Shown here: in pieces, positions 1-9,087 of the stretch
How positions within the stretch are numbered: position 1 is the first letter of the stretch
How the letters are laid out: each line of letters begins with the position of its first letter
Assembly: GCA_036489235.1 (NCBI GenBank)
Contig: DASXGC010000031.1
Span: 13-64,012 of the forward strand
DNA: 64,000 nt
Origin: Vicinamibacterales bacterium
GTDB lineage: Bacteria; Acidobacteriota; Vicinamibacteria; Vicinamibacterales; CAVVIG01
Direction of reading: 5' to 3'
Program-made: the position numbers and the translations under genes
Notes under the pieces: generated by a model
What the model was told of the DNA's origin: nothing
Database searches by the model: none
Seen by the model: only the letters and a program-made list of their open reading frames with translations

Positions 1-1
1 C

Positions 2-1030
2 TCCCCGGCTTCTCCGAGCGCTACGTTCATCCCCCGTCGACTGCCATGGAACCGCGAGAAGAGCGTCGCCGGAACGCTGGCGTTCATCGTCTTCGGCGCC
101 ATCGGATCGATCGCGCTCGAACTCTGGACCCGGCCCGCGGTTGTGCCTGCGCCGACGATGACGTTCGCGATCGCCGCGCCGCTGGTCGCAACAATTGCCG
201 CGGCGCTGGTCGAATCGATCCCGATCCGCCTCGATGACAACATCTCGGTTCCGTTCACGGCGGGCGTCGTGATGTGGCTTGCCAGCCTGATGGACCGTGC
301 GTCGATTGACGCATCGGCAGTGCCGGTCCTCGCGACGCTGCCGTGGGCCCTGGCGGCCAACACCGTCGCGGCCTGGGCGGGTTACCGCGCCCGATCGGTT
401 TCGGCGGCGGGTGCCGTCACTGGCTTTGCGATCGGCGTGATCATCTACGCCGGCGCGGGTGGCGGCGCCTGGGTGCTGCTGATGATCACGTTTCTGCTGG
501 CGTCTGTGACCTCGCGCCTCGGTCTCGAGCGCAAGACGCTGCTCGGCATTGCCGAGGAACATGGCGGACGCCGCGGCCCCGGCAACGCGATCGCCAACTG
601 CGGCGTCGCCGTGCTGGCGGCGATCGCGGCGGCCACCACACCGTATGCGGCCACTGCCTCGCTCGCGCTGGTCGCCACGCTGACCGCCGGTGGCAGCGAC
701 ACCGTGGCGAGCGAAATCGGCAAGGCCTGGGGGCGATCGACCTTTCTCGTCACCAGTCTGAGGCAGGTGCCGCCGGGAACTCCTGGAGCGATGTCGCTCG
801 AAGGGACAGCGGCAGGACTCGTAGCGGCATTCGCGCTTGCTGCCGCAGGTGTCGCGGCGGGCCTGGCGCCGGCCTCGTGGATCCTGGCGATCGTGGTCGG
901 GGCGACCGTGGGATCGATGGTCGAAAGCGCGCTTGGCGCGACGCTCGAAGGACCGGGTATCCTCAACAACGACATGCTCAACTTCATCAATACCGCCGTG
1001 GCCGCGGCCGTCACACTGGCGATTGCGTGA
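2..1030 (+). CDS. Fused prenol kinase-like (VTE5/dolichol-kinase family, C-terminal part visible) / DUF92 (VTE6-type prenyl-phosphate kinase family) integral membrane protein; 5' end lies outside the window
   Basis: The frame is open from nt 2 with no stop, so the track's ATG at 143 is internal. 'LPWNREKSVAGTLAFIVFG...AAALVESIPIRLDDNISVPF' matches the C-terminal signature of CTP-dependent prenol kinases (plant VTE5: KSxAGS...ALVESLPI..DDNL). The rest matches DUF92/COG1836 signatures ('FLLASVTSRLGLERK', 'GGSDTVASEIGKAWG', 'NNDMLNFINT'). Strongly hydrophobic throughout. Confidence 0.75.
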   Translation, partial: SPASPSATFIPRRLPWNREKSVAGTLAFIVFGAIGSIALELWTRPAVVPAPTMTFAIAAPLVATIAAALVESIPIRLDDNISVPFTAGVVMWLASLMDRASIDASAVPVLATLPWALAANTVAAWAGYRARSVSAAGAVTGFAIGVIIYAGAGGGAWVLLMITFLLASVTSRLGLERKTLLGIAEEHGGRRGPGNAIANCGVAVLAAIAAATTPYAATASLALVATLTAGGSDTVASEIGKAWGRSTFLVTSLRQVPPGTPGAMSLEGTAAGLVAAFALAAAGVAAGLAPASWILAIVVGATVGSMVESALGATLEGPGILNNDMLNFINTAVAAAVTLAIA

Positions 1031-1932
1031 AACTCCGCGCCTACATCGATCTCGGGCGGCCGTTCACGCTGCTCGCGCCGGCGCTGGGTTTCCTTTCGGG
1101 CGGGTTGACCGCCGTCGGTGCAGCGCCCCGGGAACCGTGGGCGCCTTCGCTGCTGGTGGCGCCGATCATCGGTGCGGCCATGGCGGCGTTGCTCAACGCC
1201 GGCAACAACGCGCTGAACCAGATTTACGACCTCGACATCGACCGGGTCAACAAGCCGAAGCGGCCGCTGCCGAGCCATCGGCTCACGCTCCGCGAAGTCT
1301 GGACGTTCACCGTCATCACCTACGCCGCAGCGTTGGCGCTTGCATGGCTGGTCGCGCCGGGCGGTCGCCACGAGTGTTTCTGGCTGGTCGCGGCGGCCGT
1401 GGTCTTCACCTACATCTACTCGGTGCCGCCGCTGCGCACCAAACGCCTCGGCATCTGGGCCAACGTGACGATCGCGATCCCGCGCGGGGTACTGCTGAAA
1501 GTCGCCGGGTGGTCGTCGGTCAAGACGATCGTCGGCGTCGAACCGTGGTACATCGGCGCCATCTTTGGCCTGTTTCTTCTGGGCGCGACGACCACCAAGG
1601 ATTTCGCTGACATGGAAGGCGATCGACTGGGTGGTTGCCGGACGCTGCCTATTCAGTACGGAGTGCGGCGGGCGGCGTGGATGATTTCACCCTCGTTTGT
1701 CGTCCCGTTCGCGATGATCGCGCTTGGCGCGTGGCTAGGTGTATTGACCGGCAACTTCTGGTTGCTCCAGTTGCTCGGGCTGGTGATGACCTGCTACGGC
1801 CTCTATGTCTGCTATCTGATGCTTCGGCGGCCCGAGGATCTCGCGGTCGAGGAAAACCACGTTTCGTGGGCCCACATGTACCGCATGATGTTCGTCGCGC
1901 AGATCGGCTTCGCCCTGGCATATCTGCTATAG
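1027..1932 (+). CDS. UbiA-superfamily aromatic/lipid prenyltransferase (DGGGP-synthase / chlorophyll-synthase-like branch by eye)
   Basis: GTG at 1027 overlaps the upstream TGA (GTGA). The first Asp-rich motif is 'NALNQIYDLDIDRVNKPKRPLPS' and the second is 'KDFADMEGDRLGGCRTLPI'. About 8-9 hydrophobic segments. The 343..1027 part of the track ORF is an out-of-gene extension. Confidence 0.85.
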   Translation: MKLRAYIDLGRPFTLLAPALGFLSGGLTAVGAAPREPWAPSLLVAPIIGAAMAALLNAGNNALNQIYDLDIDRVNKPKRPLPSHRLTLREVWTFTVITYAAALALAWLVAPGGRHECFWLVAAAVVFTYIYSVPPLRTKRLGIWANVTIAIPRGVLLKVAGWSSVKTIVGVEPWYIGAIFGLFLLGATTTKDFADMEGDRLGGCRTLPIQYGVRRAAWMISPSFVVPFAMIALGAWLGVLTGNFWLLQLLGLVMTCYGLYVCYLMLRRPEDLAVEENHVSWAHMYRMMFVAQIGFALAYLL

Positions 1933-2016
1933 CCGCTGGCGTAAAGAAATCGACGCGGGCGTTGCACGAATGCGATATCGTACGAGACAATTCCTGGGGT
2001 TTGTGAAAGGTGACCG

Positions 2017-2292
2017 ATGACAGGTAAGACGCTGAAGCCACTGCTGATCGCAATGATCGCCGCAGTCGTGACGAGTTCGAGTGTGGAAGCGGCACCCAAG
2101 AAGCCGGTGCATCCTCGCGCCAAGCATTCTTCTCGCGTATCCACCGGGGCCTCGGCATCATCCGGCGGATCGACCGCGGCGAAATCGTCGGGGTCAAAGG
2201 CAAAAAGCGGCAGCGCGGCAAGCGGCACGGCAGGCAAGCCCGCACCGAAAACGCAGACCGCGAAGCATCCTCCCAGCACCAAACCGCACTGA
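2017..2292 (+). CDS. Small secreted Lys/Ser/Ala-rich low-complexity protein (hypothetical)
   Basis: ATG is preceded by 'gaaagg'. The N-terminal signal-like segment is MTGKTLKPLLIAMIAAVVTSSSVEA|AP, and the rest is low complexity. No family recognised. Confidence 0.45.
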   Translation: MTGKTLKPLLIAMIAAVVTSSSVEAAPKKPVHPRAKHSSRVSTGASASSGGSTAAKSSGSKAKSGSAASGTAGKPAPKTQTAKHPPSTKPH

Positions 2293-2380
2293 ACTGGTCG
2301 CGCTTGACACCGGACGTCCCCGGCCCGATGATAGGCGAAACAAAGACGAATCGTCTTCGTTCCCCTGAGAATTCGGCCCC

Positions 2381-3400
2381 ATGGCTTCCTTCCCCCTGCT
2401 CTTCGACCTCGGCTCGACCAGACCCACCACCCGGGACGTCGCCAGGACAGTAAAGGCGGGCGGCACCGCTGCGCTCACCGAGGCCGATCGCCGGGCCGAT
2501 TCCGCGCGCTATCAGGAGGTGACCTGCCGTTCGGCGTTGAACCGCGTCGAGGGGATGCCGTTCAAGTGGACGCTCAATCCGTACCGCGGCTGCACGCACG
2601 GCTGCCATTACTGCTTCGCACGCCGCTATCACGTCCAGTTCGAGATGAACACCGACGATGAGTTCGCGTCGGTGATTCTGGTGAAGCACAACCTGACTGG
2701 CGTCCTCACGCGAGAGCTGGATCGGCCGTCGTGGACCCGCGAACAGGTCGCGGTCGGAACCGCGACGGATCCCTATCAGCCGATCGAAGGGCACTACACG
2801 CTCACGCGCCAGGCGATACAGGCGCTGACGCGCGCAAAGACGCCAATCGGCCTCATCACCAAAGGTCCGATGATCGTGCGCGATCTCGACGTGCTGGTCG
2901 AACACGGACGCGCCGCGCGTTCCGCGGTCTACATGAGCATTCCGACGGTAGACGAGGACGCGTGGCGGCAACTGGAACCCGGCACCGCCCACCCGCTGCA
3001 ACGCCTGCGCGCCGTGCGGCAACTTGCCGAAGGCGGGGTGAATGTCGGCGTATTGATGGCGCCCATCGTCCCGGGCTTCTCATCGTCGCGCAGCAAGATC
3101 GAGCGCACGATCAAGGCGATCGCGGATCACGGCGCCCGCTTCGTCGGCTGCAACGTGATGTACCTGCAGGACGGCACGCGGACACACTTCATGCGCTTCA
3201 TCGAGCGCGAGTTTCCCGCGATGACGGCGCGATTCGAAAGGCTCTATCAGGGAAAGTATCCGCCGCAGTCGTACCGGAAAGAAGTTCAGGGCATGGTGCG
3301 GACCCTGCAGGATCGCTACGGCCTGGCTCCTCGTAAGCAGGCCGGTCCGGAGGCAGAGCCGGAAGAGGCCGAAGCCGAGCAGGTCGCTTTCGCGTGGTGA
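2381..3400 (+). CDS. Radical SAM protein, SplB/Rv2578c-like (COG1533 type)
   Basis: CxxxCxxC cluster motif 'CTHGCHYCFARRY'. Length of 339 aa and overall pattern are typical of the DNA-photolyase-like radical SAM family. Confidence 0.85.
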   Translation: MASFPLLFDLGSTRPTTRDVARTVKAGGTAALTEADRRADSARYQEVTCRSALNRVEGMPFKWTLNPYRGCTHGCHYCFARRYHVQFEMNTDDEFASVILVKHNLTGVLTRELDRPSWTREQVAVGTATDPYQPIEGHYTLTRQAIQALTRAKTPIGLITKGPMIVRDLDVLVEHGRAARSAVYMSIPTVDEDAWRQLEPGTAHPLQRLRAVRQLAEGGVNVGVLMAPIVPGFSSSRSKIERTIKAIADHGARFVGCNVMYLQDGTRTHFMRFIEREFPAMTARFERLYQGKYPPQSYRKEVQGMVRTLQDRYGLAPRKQAGPEAEPEEAEAEQVAFAW

Positions 3401-3413
3401 AAATCGATTCGCT

Positions 3414-5723
3414 CTACGTCAGGTCACCAAGCGCCAATGCACCGCTCGCCGTCGCGACGGTCGTTAGGCCAGGTTCGACGAGGACATGGCCGTCGCTCAC
3501 TCTGACGTCGAAGTGCGAGCCATCCTTCCACCGCGCGCTGATCGGTACTTTGATCAGCTCGTCGATCACGCGTTTCAGCATGCGTGCGCCGAACGCCAGG
3601 CTGTAGCCCTTCGCCACCACCAACTCGAGGGCGGCGTCCGCCACCGTCAGCGTCTTTCCGGCCCGCGCCATCGTCGTCGTGACCTGCTGCAGGTAGTGCT
3701 TCGCTACCTCGCGGACCTCGTCGTGGGTGAGTGGCGCAAAGACGACGACTTCGTCGATGCGATTGCGGAACTCGGGCGGAAAACGGCGCTCGAGTTCTCG
3801 CATCACTTCGACCTCGACCTGATCGGCGCCGATCGTCTTCTGGAGGAATCCCAGCGGGCTGGTGAGCTTTCGAAAGCTTTCAGCGCCAAGGTTCGACGTC
3901 ATGATCACGATCGCGTCGCTCAGGTAGACGCGCTTGCCACGGCCGTCGGTCAGCCAGCCTTCGTCGAACGCCTGAAGGAACAGGTGCAGCGCGTTCGGGC
4001 TGGCCTTCTCCACCTCGTCGAGCAGGACGACGCAGTAAGGGTTGTCCTTGAGCTGATTGGTCAGCACTCCACCGCGCTCGCTGCCGACGATACCGCGGGG
4101 CATGCCGATCAGTTTGTCGATCGAGACCGCACCGTCCTGGTATTCCGACATGTCGACGCGGACCATCTTCTTCTCGTCGCCGAAGAGATACTCGGCGACG
4201 GCTTTCGCGAGCTCGGTCTTGCCGACACCCGTCGGACCGAGAAACAGCAGCACGCCGTCGGGTCGATCGAACCCGTCCTTCAACGGGCCCTTGTTCAATA
4301 CCAGGCGGCGGGCGACGGCATTGATCGCTTTGCGCTGGCCGACCACGCGGCGCTGCAGCCTGGTCTCGATGTCGGCGAATCGCTCGGTGACGTCACGGAA
4401 GACCATGTCCTCGGGAATCTGCGCGACGTGCGAGATCACCGCGACGACGTCCTCGGCGCGGACGTCGCGACGGCGATCGATCTCCGAGCGAACCGCCGCG
4501 GTGTCGAGCCAGCCGATGACTTTATCCGGAAGGTGCAGATGCCGCATGTAGCGCGGCGCCAGGTCGAGGGCGGTCTCGATCGCTTCGTCCAGCACGCGGA
4601 CCGAGTAGTTCCGTTCGAGACGCTGACGCAGGCTGTACAGAATGCGCCGGGTTTCCTCGATGCTCGGCTCGTTCACGACGACGCATCGGAACCGCCGCGC
4701 CAGTGCCTCGTCTTCCTGGATGTACTCCTTGTACTCACTCAGCGTGGTGGCCGCGATCATCCGGATTTCCCCACGTGCGAGTACCGACTTGAAGATGTTC
4801 GCCGCATCTGAGGGCGCACCGAGCGCCGATCCGGCGCCGACCATCGTGTGAGCCTCGTCCACGAACAGGATGAGGTTCGGCCGCTCCTTGATCTCGCGAA
4901 TGACGTTCTGAATCCGATCCTCGAACATGCCGCGCAACATCGTGCCGGCGACCATCGAGTTCATCTGCAGGTTGACAACCTGGCAGTCACGCAGACGCAC
5001 CGGTACGGTCTCGGGCTCGAACTCGATCCGGTGCGCCAGACCTTCGGCGATCGCGGTCTTCCCTACGCCGGGTTCGCCGACCAGCATCACCGAGTTGGCG
5101 CGTTCGCGATGACAGAGAATCTCGAGCACCTGCTGAATCTCGTGTTCGCGCCCGAACACCGGCGGTAATTTCTCCTGCCGCGCCAGCAGATTCAGGTTGG
5201 TCGCAAAGTGCTTGAGGAACGCCGGCAGCTCGAAGCGCTTCTTCAGTCGCTCCTCGCGTAATTCCAGATCGCGCATCCGGCTGTTCAGCCGGGTCATCAG
5301 CAGATCCGGCTCGACGCCATTGCGCCGCAGAATCGACCCAGACACGCCCTGGGTTTCCTCGAATAGGGCAGAAAAAAGGTCGATGCTTTCGACCAGCTGG
5401 CGCCCGGCTCGGTTGGCGTGATGCAGCGCCAACTTCAGGACGAGCTTGGTCGCGGGCGACACACGAAGGTCGTGACCCTCGAACGACGGCATCGTATGAA
5501 GGTGTTCTTCCAGCGCCTGAAGAACGACGTGCGGGTTGAGATCAACGTCGCGCATCACCCCGGCAAAGGTGTCCCACTCGGCCTGGGTGAACGCCAGAAA
5601 CAGATGTTCGTTGGTGAGAAGCGCGTGATCGCGGCGACGCGCTTCCTCGAATGCTCGATCGACGATCCGTTGTGCGGATTCGCCAATCTTGCTCGGTGCG
5701 ATATCGAGATCCTCTACGTGCAC
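3414..5723 (-). CDS. AAA+ Clp/Hsp100 unfoldase, ClpA/ClpC-type (two AAA modules, no long M-domain)
   Basis: Clp_N-like N-terminus. Walker A motifs are 'GEPGVGKTAIAEG' and 'GPTGVGKTELAK'. An 'LGF' tripeptide in D2 resembles the ClpP-docking loop. Start is placed at GTG 5723, preceded by GGAGG ('acGGAGGccgccGTG'), rather than the track's TTG at 5753. Confidence 0.9.
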   Translation of the reverse strand: MHVEDLDIAPSKIGESAQRIVDRAFEEARRRDHALLTNEHLFLAFTQAEWDTFAGVMRDVDLNPHVVLQALEEHLHTMPSFEGHDLRVSPATKLVLKLALHHANRAGRQLVESIDLFSALFEETQGVSGSILRRNGVEPDLLMTRLNSRMRDLELREERLKKRFELPAFLKHFATNLNLLARQEKLPPVFGREHEIQQVLEILCHRERANSVMLVGEPGVGKTAIAEGLAHRIEFEPETVPVRLRDCQVVNLQMNSMVAGTMLRGMFEDRIQNVIREIKERPNLILFVDEAHTMVGAGSALGAPSDAANIFKSVLARGEIRMIAATTLSEYKEYIQEDEALARRFRCVVVNEPSIEETRRILYSLRQRLERNYSVRVLDEAIETALDLAPRYMRHLHLPDKVIGWLDTAAVRSEIDRRRDVRAEDVVAVISHVAQIPEDMVFRDVTERFADIETRLQRRVVGQRKAINAVARRLVLNKGPLKDGFDRPDGVLLFLGPTGVGKTELAKAVAEYLFGDEKKMVRVDMSEYQDGAVSIDKLIGMPRGIVGSERGGVLTNQLKDNPYCVVLLDEVEKASPNALHLFLQAFDEGWLTDGRGKRVYLSDAIVIMTSNLGAESFRKLTSPLGFLQKTIGADQVEVEVMRELERRFPPEFRNRIDEVVVFAPLTHDEVREVAKHYLQQVTTTMARAGKTLTVADAALELVVAKGYSLAFGARMLKRVIDELIKVPISARWKDGSHFDVRVSDGHVLVEPGLTTVATASGALALGDLT

Positions 5724-5830
5724 GGCGGCCTCCGTCAGGATAAGAGGCAGCAAGAGGTACGCCAGCGGTCAGCGTGGTGCGGCAACCACAGTGGGCCGTC
5801 TCGGCGAGCCACACCACGGCCGAGCAAGCT

Positions 5831-5911
5831 CGGCCGCTACGTCGCAGGAGTGTGATCGGCCGCGACCTCGCAGCCGTTTGTGAGCGGCCGATACGTCGCA
5901 GGATTCCGTAA
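5831..5911. repeat. Three tandem ~27-bp units (core CGGCCGNNACNTCGCAG), preceded by palindrome GGCCGAGC-AA-GCTCGGCC (5818-5835)
   Basis: Unit starts are at 5831, 5857 and 5885. Units 1 and 3 share 18 of 19 core positions by hand alignment. The repeat lies 8 nt downstream of the htpX stop and upstream of the clp gene. Confidence 0.7.
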
Positions 5912-5918
5912 TGGGCCT

Positions 5919-6743
5919 CTACGATCGCAGCAGCGCCTGGATCCTCTGCTCGGTCGGTGGATGCGTACTGAAAAGCCCCAGCAGCGCGGACGGATTGAAC
6001 GGCTTGATGATAAACATATGCGCCGTCGCGGGACTCGCATCGAGCGGAACGATCTTCGACGCGGCTTCGATTTTCTTCAGTGCGCTGACCAGTCCAAGCG
6101 GGCCGCCGGCCATCGCGGCGCCACCGGCATCCGCGTCGTACTCGCGCGATCGCGAAATCGCCGCCTGAATCAGCACCGCCGCGATTGGTGCGAGAACGAT
6201 GGTCGCGATCATCGCGATCGGGCTCGCGCCTTCCCGGCCATCGTCGCGGCTGCCGCCGAAGAACATCGCGAAGCGCGACACCATCATGATCGCGCCGGCG
6301 AGCGTCGCGGCGATCGAGCTGATGAGGATGTCGCGATGCTTCACATGCGACAACTCGTGAGCCAGCACGCCTTCGAGCTCGTGATCGTCGAGGATCTGCA
6401 GGATCCCTGCGGTCGCGGCAACCGCGGCGTGGTTCGGATTCCGGCCGGTGGCGAACGCGTTCGGCGACGGATCCGGAATCACGTAGCACCGCGGCATCGG
6501 CAGGTTGGCGCTCTGCGCCAGACGCGCCACGGTCTGATACAAACGATGGCCGGGTCCCACCTCTTCCGCGTTGTACATGCGGAGGACAATCTTGTCCGAG
6601 AACCAGTACGAGCCGAAGTTGGTGGCGACAGCGAAGAGAAAGCCAACCGCCATGCCCTGGCCGCCACCCAGCGCGCCGCCGATGAACATCATCAGCGCGG
6701 TGAGGACGCCGAGCAGCAGTGCGGTTTTGGCGACATTAGTCAT
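5919..6743 (-). CDS. htpX: Zinc metalloprotease HtpX (M48B)
   Basis: HExxH motif '[10 protein letters not shown]'. 'NAFATGRNP' and the C-terminal '[10 protein letters not shown]' match. Start chosen at ATG 6743 (8-nt overlap with the M20 stop); the alternative ATG 6776 would overlap by 41 nt. Confidence 0.85.
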   Translation of the reverse strand: MTNVAKTALLLGVLTALMMFIGGALGGGQGMAVGFLFAVATNFGSYWFSDKIVLRMYNAEEVGPGHRLYQTVARLAQSANLPMPRCYVIPDPSPNAFATGRNPNHAAVAATAGILQILDDHELEGVLAHELSHVKHRDILISSIAATLAGAIMMVSRFAMFFGGSRDDGREGASPIAMIATIVLAPIAAVLIQAAISRSREYDADAGGAAMAGGPLGLVSALKKIEAASKIVPLDASPATAHMFIIKPFNPSALLGLFSTHPPTEQRIQALLRS

Positions 6744-7887
6744 GGTGCGATCCCAGACGTGCGATAAGTCCCGCAACGAGCGCTGCCCGGTCGGTCAGGG
6801 AAGCCATTTCGACGTGCTCGTGGAGGGCGTGAGCGCCATCGCCAACCGCTCCGAGACCGTCCAGCGTTGGTATCCCCAACGCCGCCGTGAAGTTACCGTC
6901 GGACCCGCCCCCGGTGCCGCCTTCGGCCAGATCCTGGCCGAGTTCCCGTGCGACATCGCGCGCTTGTTTGTACAGACGCGCGACGAGGTCGCTGCGTTCC
7001 AGCGGCGGCCGGTCGAAGCCGCCATCCACCGTGATGGTAGTGCGCTCATCGACAGGACGGAGACCCCGAAACGCCTCGGCGATCTCAGCGGCGGCCGCGA
7101 GCGTCGGAACCCGAACGTCAACCACAGCGTGGGCCTCGTCAGGAATGACGTTCGATCTGACGCCGCCCGAAGTCTGAACAACGTTCACTGATACGCCCCG
7201 CGCGAGATCCTGCAGAGCGTTGATCCGCAGGGTCTGGTGCGCCAGCTCCTGAACCGCGCTCGCGCCCTTCTGCGGTTCGATGCCGGCGTGCGCGGCAATG
7301 CCTCTGATCTGGACTCGATAGCTGCCGCAGCCCTTGCGCGCGGTTTTCACGCCGCCGCCCGGCAGCGATGGCTCGAGCACCAGTACTGCGTCGCTGCGCC
7401 TGGCTTCGTCTTCGATGGCAGCGCGCGACGAGGCGCTGCCGACTTCCTCGTCTGTCGTCCACAGCATGACGATGCGGTGGGACAGCGGGGTCGCGGTTTC
7501 GACCAGCGCACGAGTGGCGAGCAGGGCAATCGCGATGCCTGCCTTCATGTCGAACACGCCCGGTCCATATAGACGACCGTCCGATCGTCGGAGCGGCATG
7601 CGCTCAAGCTGCCCGACCGGCCAGACGGTATCGAAATGGCCGAGCAACAGGATCTGTGAGGCGCCGCAGCCAAATTCCGCAAGCAGATGATCGCCGCGAT
7701 CCGGCCTCGTCAAGCGCGTGATGCGTCCGCCCGCAGCTTCCAGCCGCCTCGCCAGCTCCGCGCCGCAGCGATCGACCGCGGCTTTGTCGGTGGTTGGCGA
7801 CTCCACGGAGACGAGGGCATCAATCGCCTCGAGGAGCCAATCCTCATTGGCGCGACAGAAATCACGAAGGCTTATAATCGGTGGCAT
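6736..7887 (-). CDS. M20-family metallopeptidase (carboxypeptidase G2 / glutamate carboxypeptidase-like)
   Basis: '[11 protein letters not shown]', '[10 protein letters not shown]', 'TTDEEVGS' and 'HALHEH' match M20 metal-binding and dimerisation-domain patterns. Confidence 0.85.
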   Translation of the reverse strand: MPPIISLRDFCRANEDWLLEAIDALVSVESPTTDKAAVDRCGAELARRLEAAGGRITRLTRPDRGDHLLAEFGCGASQILLLGHFDTVWPVGQLERMPLRRSDGRLYGPGVFDMKAGIAIALLATRALVETATPLSHRIVMLWTTDEEVGSASSRAAIEDEARRSDAVLVLEPSLPGGGVKTARKGCGSYRVQIRGIAAHAGIEPQKGASAVQELAHQTLRINALQDLARGVSVNVVQTSGGVRSNVIPDEAHAVVDVRVPTLAAAAEIAEAFRGLRPVDERTTITVDGGFDRPPLERSDLVARLYKQARDVARELGQDLAEGGTGGGSDGNFTAALGIPTLDGLGAVGDGAHALHEHVEMASLTDRAALVAGLIARLGSHHD

Positions 7888-8497
7888 GTTGATCGCGCTC
7901 GTTGTCGGGATTGCGTTGCACGCCGAGTCCGCCGGACCATCACCGTGTGGTCCCCGCGTGTTGTGCGTTCAGAACTCATTCTCGCAGCAACAGCCGGTCC
8001 CCCAGCCGTTCCCTCGTCCCGGCTCCGGGGTGCAGCCGCCGCCCACAAGGCCGGCACCACCGCCGGCGACAGCACCGAAACAGCCCGCTCCGTCGAACGA
8101 CGCGCAGCCGGCGAAGCCGGCGACGGCGGCCGAAGCCGCCCCGACCGAGGCGATGCTCGGCGTCCCTGTCTTTCCCGGCGCGCAGTTCATCCGCTCCTAC
8201 GACGCCGGTCGCGGCCAGCGCTACTACATCTTCGGCTCGGCGGCGTCGTTTGTCGATCTGGTGGCGTACTACCGCACGATGCTGAAGGACAAGGGCGAGC
8301 TGGTGTACGACGTCCCGGCCACCCACGAGTTCGACGTCGGCAAGTACAACGAGAATACGATGGCGTTCCCACCAGGGGTCACCATCAAGGACTTTCAGTC
8401 TGACATCTCGCAGGGATACCCGAATCCAAAGCCTGGCGGTCAGCCGGCGCGGTTTCCCACGCTGATTCAGATAGTGCCCGTAGGGCGAGAGCGTTAG
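7886..8497 (+). CDS. Hypothetical exported protein with Pro/Ala-rich linker
   Basis: Hydrophobic N-terminus, a P/A/Q-rich linker, then a ~110-aa globular tail. The start is uncertain. TTG at 7847 would give a better signal peptide ([13 protein letters not shown]...), but it overlaps the divergent M20 start. Confidence 0.55.
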   Translation: MLIALVVGIALHAESAGPSPCGPRVLCVQNSFSQQQPVPQPFPRPGSGVQPPPTRPAPPPATAPKQPAPSNDAQPAKPATAAEAAPTEAMLGVPVFPGAQFIRSYDAGRGQRYYIFGSAASFVDLVAYYRTMLKDKGELVYDVPATHEFDVGKYNENTMAFPPGVTIKDFQSDISQGYPNPKPGGQPARFPTLIQIVPVGRER

Positions 8498-8626
8498 AGA
8501 TCTTAGGATTTGGGGATTTGAGGATCTTTGGATTTATCTTAAAGGCACAAAACCGATCGAGCTGGATCACTCGACGTTTCTCAAATAAATCCTCAAGTCC
8601 TCAAATCCACAGATCCTGACATCTTC
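8497..8626. repeat. AT-rich imperfect inverted repeat built from ~8-nt units (ATTTGAGG-like / CCTCAAAT-like), ~41-nt arms, ~47-nt spacer
   Basis: The left arm 8497-8537 is 'gagatcttaggatttggggatttgaggatctttggatttat'. The right arm 8585-8626 is 'ataaatcctcaagtcctcaaatccacagatcctgacatcttc'. They are roughly 80% complementary by hand alignment. The element begins at the TAG of the upstream gene and lies between convergent genes. Confidence 0.75.
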
Positions 8627-8643
8627 AACAGCGCGTCAAGAAG

Positions 8644-9087
8644 TCAGCGCGCGTCGACCACCCCTGTCATCACTCCCAACGTAAAGGGCGGCACGACGCG
8701 GGAGACGCCGAGGTCAATGCGCCGGTATCGCCGACGACTCGTGGAGGGTCTCAGCGACAGTCTGGCTCTCACCCACTCGTCGGGGTTCGTGAGCGCGATT
8801 GTTCCGACCAGTTTTCCATCGCCTCTCACCTCGACGTTGACCGCCGTTCCGTTCGGTCCGGGGAACACGGCGCGCAGCGGCAGAATCATTTCGGTTGAAC
8901 TCGAGGGAATGAAAAACGTGCCGCGCCCGGTGGTCCAGCGGAAGCGAGTCCCCGGCGGATCCTCTTCCCACGCACGCAGGCCGGAGGTCACATCGACGAT
9001 CCATGGTGGATCGTACAGGTAGGCGAGACTTGCGGCCGACAGCAACAGGACCAGTGCGACGAGCACGACGAGCCAGCGGCGGGTCAT
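8644..9087 (-). CDS. Small signal-anchored hypothetical protein (147 aa)
   Basis: ATG 9087 overlaps the stop of the upstream gene (ATGA). 'MTRRWLVVLVALVLLLSAASLAY' is an anchor or signal segment followed by a beta-rich domain. The track's 308-aa extension is rejected. Confidence 0.6.
   Translation of the reverse strand: MTRRWLVVLVALVLLLSAASLAYLYDPPWIVDVTSGLRAWEEDPPGTRFRWTTGRGTFFIPSSSTEMILPLRAVFPGPNGTAVNVEVRGDGKLVGTIALTNPDEWVRARLSLRPSTSRRRYRRIDLGVSRVVPPFTLGVMTGVVDAR

Noticed and set aside
343-3022. Long alternative-frame and antisense ORFs in the track (for example 343..1932 N-terminal 228 aa, 445..1371 -, 837..1610 +, 1649..3022 -)
   Set aside because: They are Arg/Ala/Pro/Gly-rich with no family signatures, and they lie entirely over well-supported genes. 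This is the usual consequence of high GC (few stop codons in non-coding frames). The same reasoning applies to 17474..18844 -, 31472..33067 +, 37805..39931 -, 45578..46687 +, 49476..50897 +, 55598..56972 + and 59049..60329 +.
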